Shown here: in pieces, positions 62,112-64,000 of the stretch | Layout: the number at the start of each line of letters is the position of its first letter | Numbering within the stretch: the first letter of the stretch is position 1 | Source of the DNA: Acholeplasmataceae bacterium | GTDB taxonomy: Bacteria > Bacillota_I > Bacilli_A > Acholeplasmatales > Acholeplasmataceae | Direction: 5' to 3' | NCBI GenBank assembly: GCA_963675245.1 | Contig: OY775910.1 | Span: 32,001-96,000 of the forward strand | DNA length: 64,000 nucleotides | Translations under genes and position numbers: made by a program | Notes under the pieces: generated by a model | Told to the model about the DNA's origin: nothing | Databases searched by the model: none | The model's input: only the letters and a program-made list of their open reading frames with translations

Positions 62112-64000
62112 CTATCTTTTTCTAAATATGAAGAATCCCCAAGTACCAAATCCTGCTACTGACACTGCGTCTAAGATGACTAAACCAAGCATCCATACTG
62201 GCATTCTATAGCCTAATACTTCCGTATTCATTGCATTAGAATTAGTGACCATATAGAGGATATTTTTAGCACCGTTTGCCAATACAGACATATCACTAAC
62301 TGATGATTTAGAGGCGTTAAATTCTTGATTTAACGTTTGTAAATTAATATCTCCCCCAGCATATGCCATTTGTTTAGAATCCATATGACTACCTGTGTTG
62401 AAGTCACTAATAACAGCTCCTTGGAATCCCCATTCCTCTCTTAAGACTTCGGTTAATAGACGGTAATCACCACCTGCCCATTTAGTACCAATTCTGTTAA
62501 ATGAAGACATCATACCAGTAGTTTGTCCAACTTTAACTGTATATTCAAATGGTTTTAAGTAAATTTCTCTTAATGTTTGTTCATCAAGCCAAGTAGCAAC
62601 ACCTGAACGTGATGTTTCTTGTTCGTTCACCGCAAAGTGCTTAACGAATGTATATACACCCTTACTCATTGCACCTTGAATTTCATGTGATGCCATAATA
62701 CCTGTTAAAAATGGATCTTCACTAAAATATTCACCGGTACGTCCACCAAAAGGTGAGCGATGTAAATTTACACCAGGTGAATACCAACCGGAATAAGGAA
62801 TGCCATCACCATCTTCATTACCAATTAAACCTTCATCACCAACAGCTTCTCCAAACTTATATAATAATTCAACATTGAATGTTGCTGCCATGATTGGTTC
62901 ACATCCATAGTGTGACGTACCATAAACAGTTCCTGTAGATAGGAAGTTTACAAAACCAGCAGGTCCATCTGCATCTGTAGTTTGAGGTTTACCAATGTTT
63001 AATAACGCAATCGTTTGGAAAGCCCCTTTATTAAATAGGTCTATTAAATCATCTCCTGAGAGTTGACTTATTAGTTCTTCCCATTGAGGATCATCAAAAT
63101 CAGCATCAACTAAATCTTGTAGTGTAAGTGTTCCTTCTTCGTTTAACAATGGAAATTCAGTGTAAGTATTTGGGTTCAATGAATCTACTGAATTAATACC
63201 AGTATTTGTCGCAGCACTAATAATTTTTTCGGCTGCTGTACGCATTGATGGGAATGTACCATCCCAATCATTTCTGGATAATACAATTGTTAATTCGTCA
63301 TCAGCATCATCAAAACGATTAACTACCTCATTATTTGTCGTTGTATCATTTTCAAATAAAATATCAGCAGCAACATTCATCGTGAAATTCTCATATTCGT
63401 CATGTGCATTAATACCTAAGCGGAATGTATAAGTTCCGGCATCTAATTCGTAACCTTCATTGCTATTTGAATTAGCATCATTATAGTCATAAGACGCAAA
63501 ACTATATGGATCAATTTCAATAGTTACTGTTTCAGACTCTGATGGAGCAATATCACCAGTTTTAGCAAATCCAACCAATACAACATGTGATTTTTCGATT
63601 TCACCAGCATTGTACGGTGTTGTAACATAAATCATTACAGTATCTTTACCAGCTACAGTACCCGTGTTTGTTACTTCTACATCGATTTCAAATGTTTCAT
63701 TAGCAGTAATTGAATCTCCTTCAAGTGCATTTGAATTTGTAATTTCTTGTGTAAATGTCGTATAACTTAAACCATATCCAAACGGATAAACGACATGATC
63801 ATCGTACCAAATTTCTCCATCGGTTTCGCCACGTGTTTCATAATAACGATATCCCATGTAAATACCTTCTTCATAATCAACGAAAGCATATAAATAACTT
63901 GATATTTGATTGGCTATCGATGTATATCTTTCACCTCGTACTTCTAAATTGTTACCAAAGTTTTGCCATGTAGGATCTTCTTTATAATCACGAACCCAAG
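62112..64000 (-). CDS. Membrane-anchored GH3 beta-glucosidase, permuted order (partial; 5' end beyond the window)
   Basis: Frame is open to the edge (WVRDYKEDPTWQNF...); DADGPAG, GGRTGEYFSEDP, KHFAVN and VISDF intact; C-terminal TM plus RKR. Confidence 0.93.
   Translation of the reverse strand, partial: WVRDYKEDPTWQNFGNNLEVRGERYTSIANQISSYLYAFVDYEEGIYMGYRYYETRGETDGEIWYDDHVVYPFGYGLSYTTFTQEITNSNALEGDSITANETFEIDVEVTNTGTVAGKDTVMIYVTTPYNAGEIEKSHVVLVGFAKTGDIAPSESETVTIEIDPYSFASYDYNDANSNSNEGYELDAGTYTFRLGINAHDEYENFTMNVAADILFENDTTTNNEVVNRFDDADDELTIVLSRNDWDGTFPSMRTAAEKIISAATNTGINSVDSLNPNTYTEFPLLNEEGTLTLQDLVDADFDDPQWEELISQLSGDDLIDLFNKGAFQTIALLNIGKPQTTDADGPAGFVNFLSTGTVYGTSHYGCEPIMAATFNVELLYKFGEAVGDEGLIGNEDGDGIPYSGWYSPGVNLHRSPFGGRTGEYFSEDPFLTGIMASHEIQGAMSKGVYTFVKHFAVNEQETSRSGVATWLDEQTLREIYLKPFEYTVKVGQTTGMMSSFNRIGTKWAGGDYRLLTEVLREEWGFQGAVISDFNTGSHMDSKQMAYAGGDINLQTLNQEFNASKSSVSDMSVLANGAKNILYMVTNSNAMNTEVLGYRMPVWMLGLVILDAVSVAGFGTWGFFIFRKR

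Overview
AT-rich chromosomal window from a bacterium that uses the standard genetic code (TGA stops, TGG Trp). Its gene style fits an Acholeplasmatales/Izemoplasmatales-type, probably wall-less Bacilli lineage; this is inferred from the compact genes and from rsmH lacking mraZ/ftsL/pbp neighbours. Most genes lie on the minus strand. Positions 1-39.4 kb are mostly housekeeping: TetR/MMPL, a CoA-disulfide reductase fusion, a quinone-detoxification pair, pheA, ald, glgA-glgC, recD2, mnmA, nadE-nadD, rsmH, rpmF, lplA, hrcA-grpE-dnaK-dnaJ with two CIRCE boxes, rpmG and ispG. Positions 39.4-55.4 kb look like an accessory region: a membrane-anchored GH3, an IS21 remnant, a second transposon-like end, broken genes, a MerR/AdhR-controlled aldo-keto reductase operon and a 1476-aa surface protein. 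Positions 55.4-64 kb hold PadR-DUF1700-DUF4097, a GT2, a GtrA-like protein and two more GH3 genes. Top leads: (1) the 1476-aa protein is an intact GH3 whose substrate-binding and nucleophile residues are all replaced (a pseudoenzyme), displayed on an Ig-like/coiled-coil stalk with a Cys-containing GCGS-TM-basic C-terminal sorting signal; (2) a GH3-GH3-GtrA-like-GT2 cluster that may build or remodel surface glycoconjugates rather than only degrade them; (3) a dif-like Xer site at 376-403. All calls come from reading motifs by eye; no searches were run.
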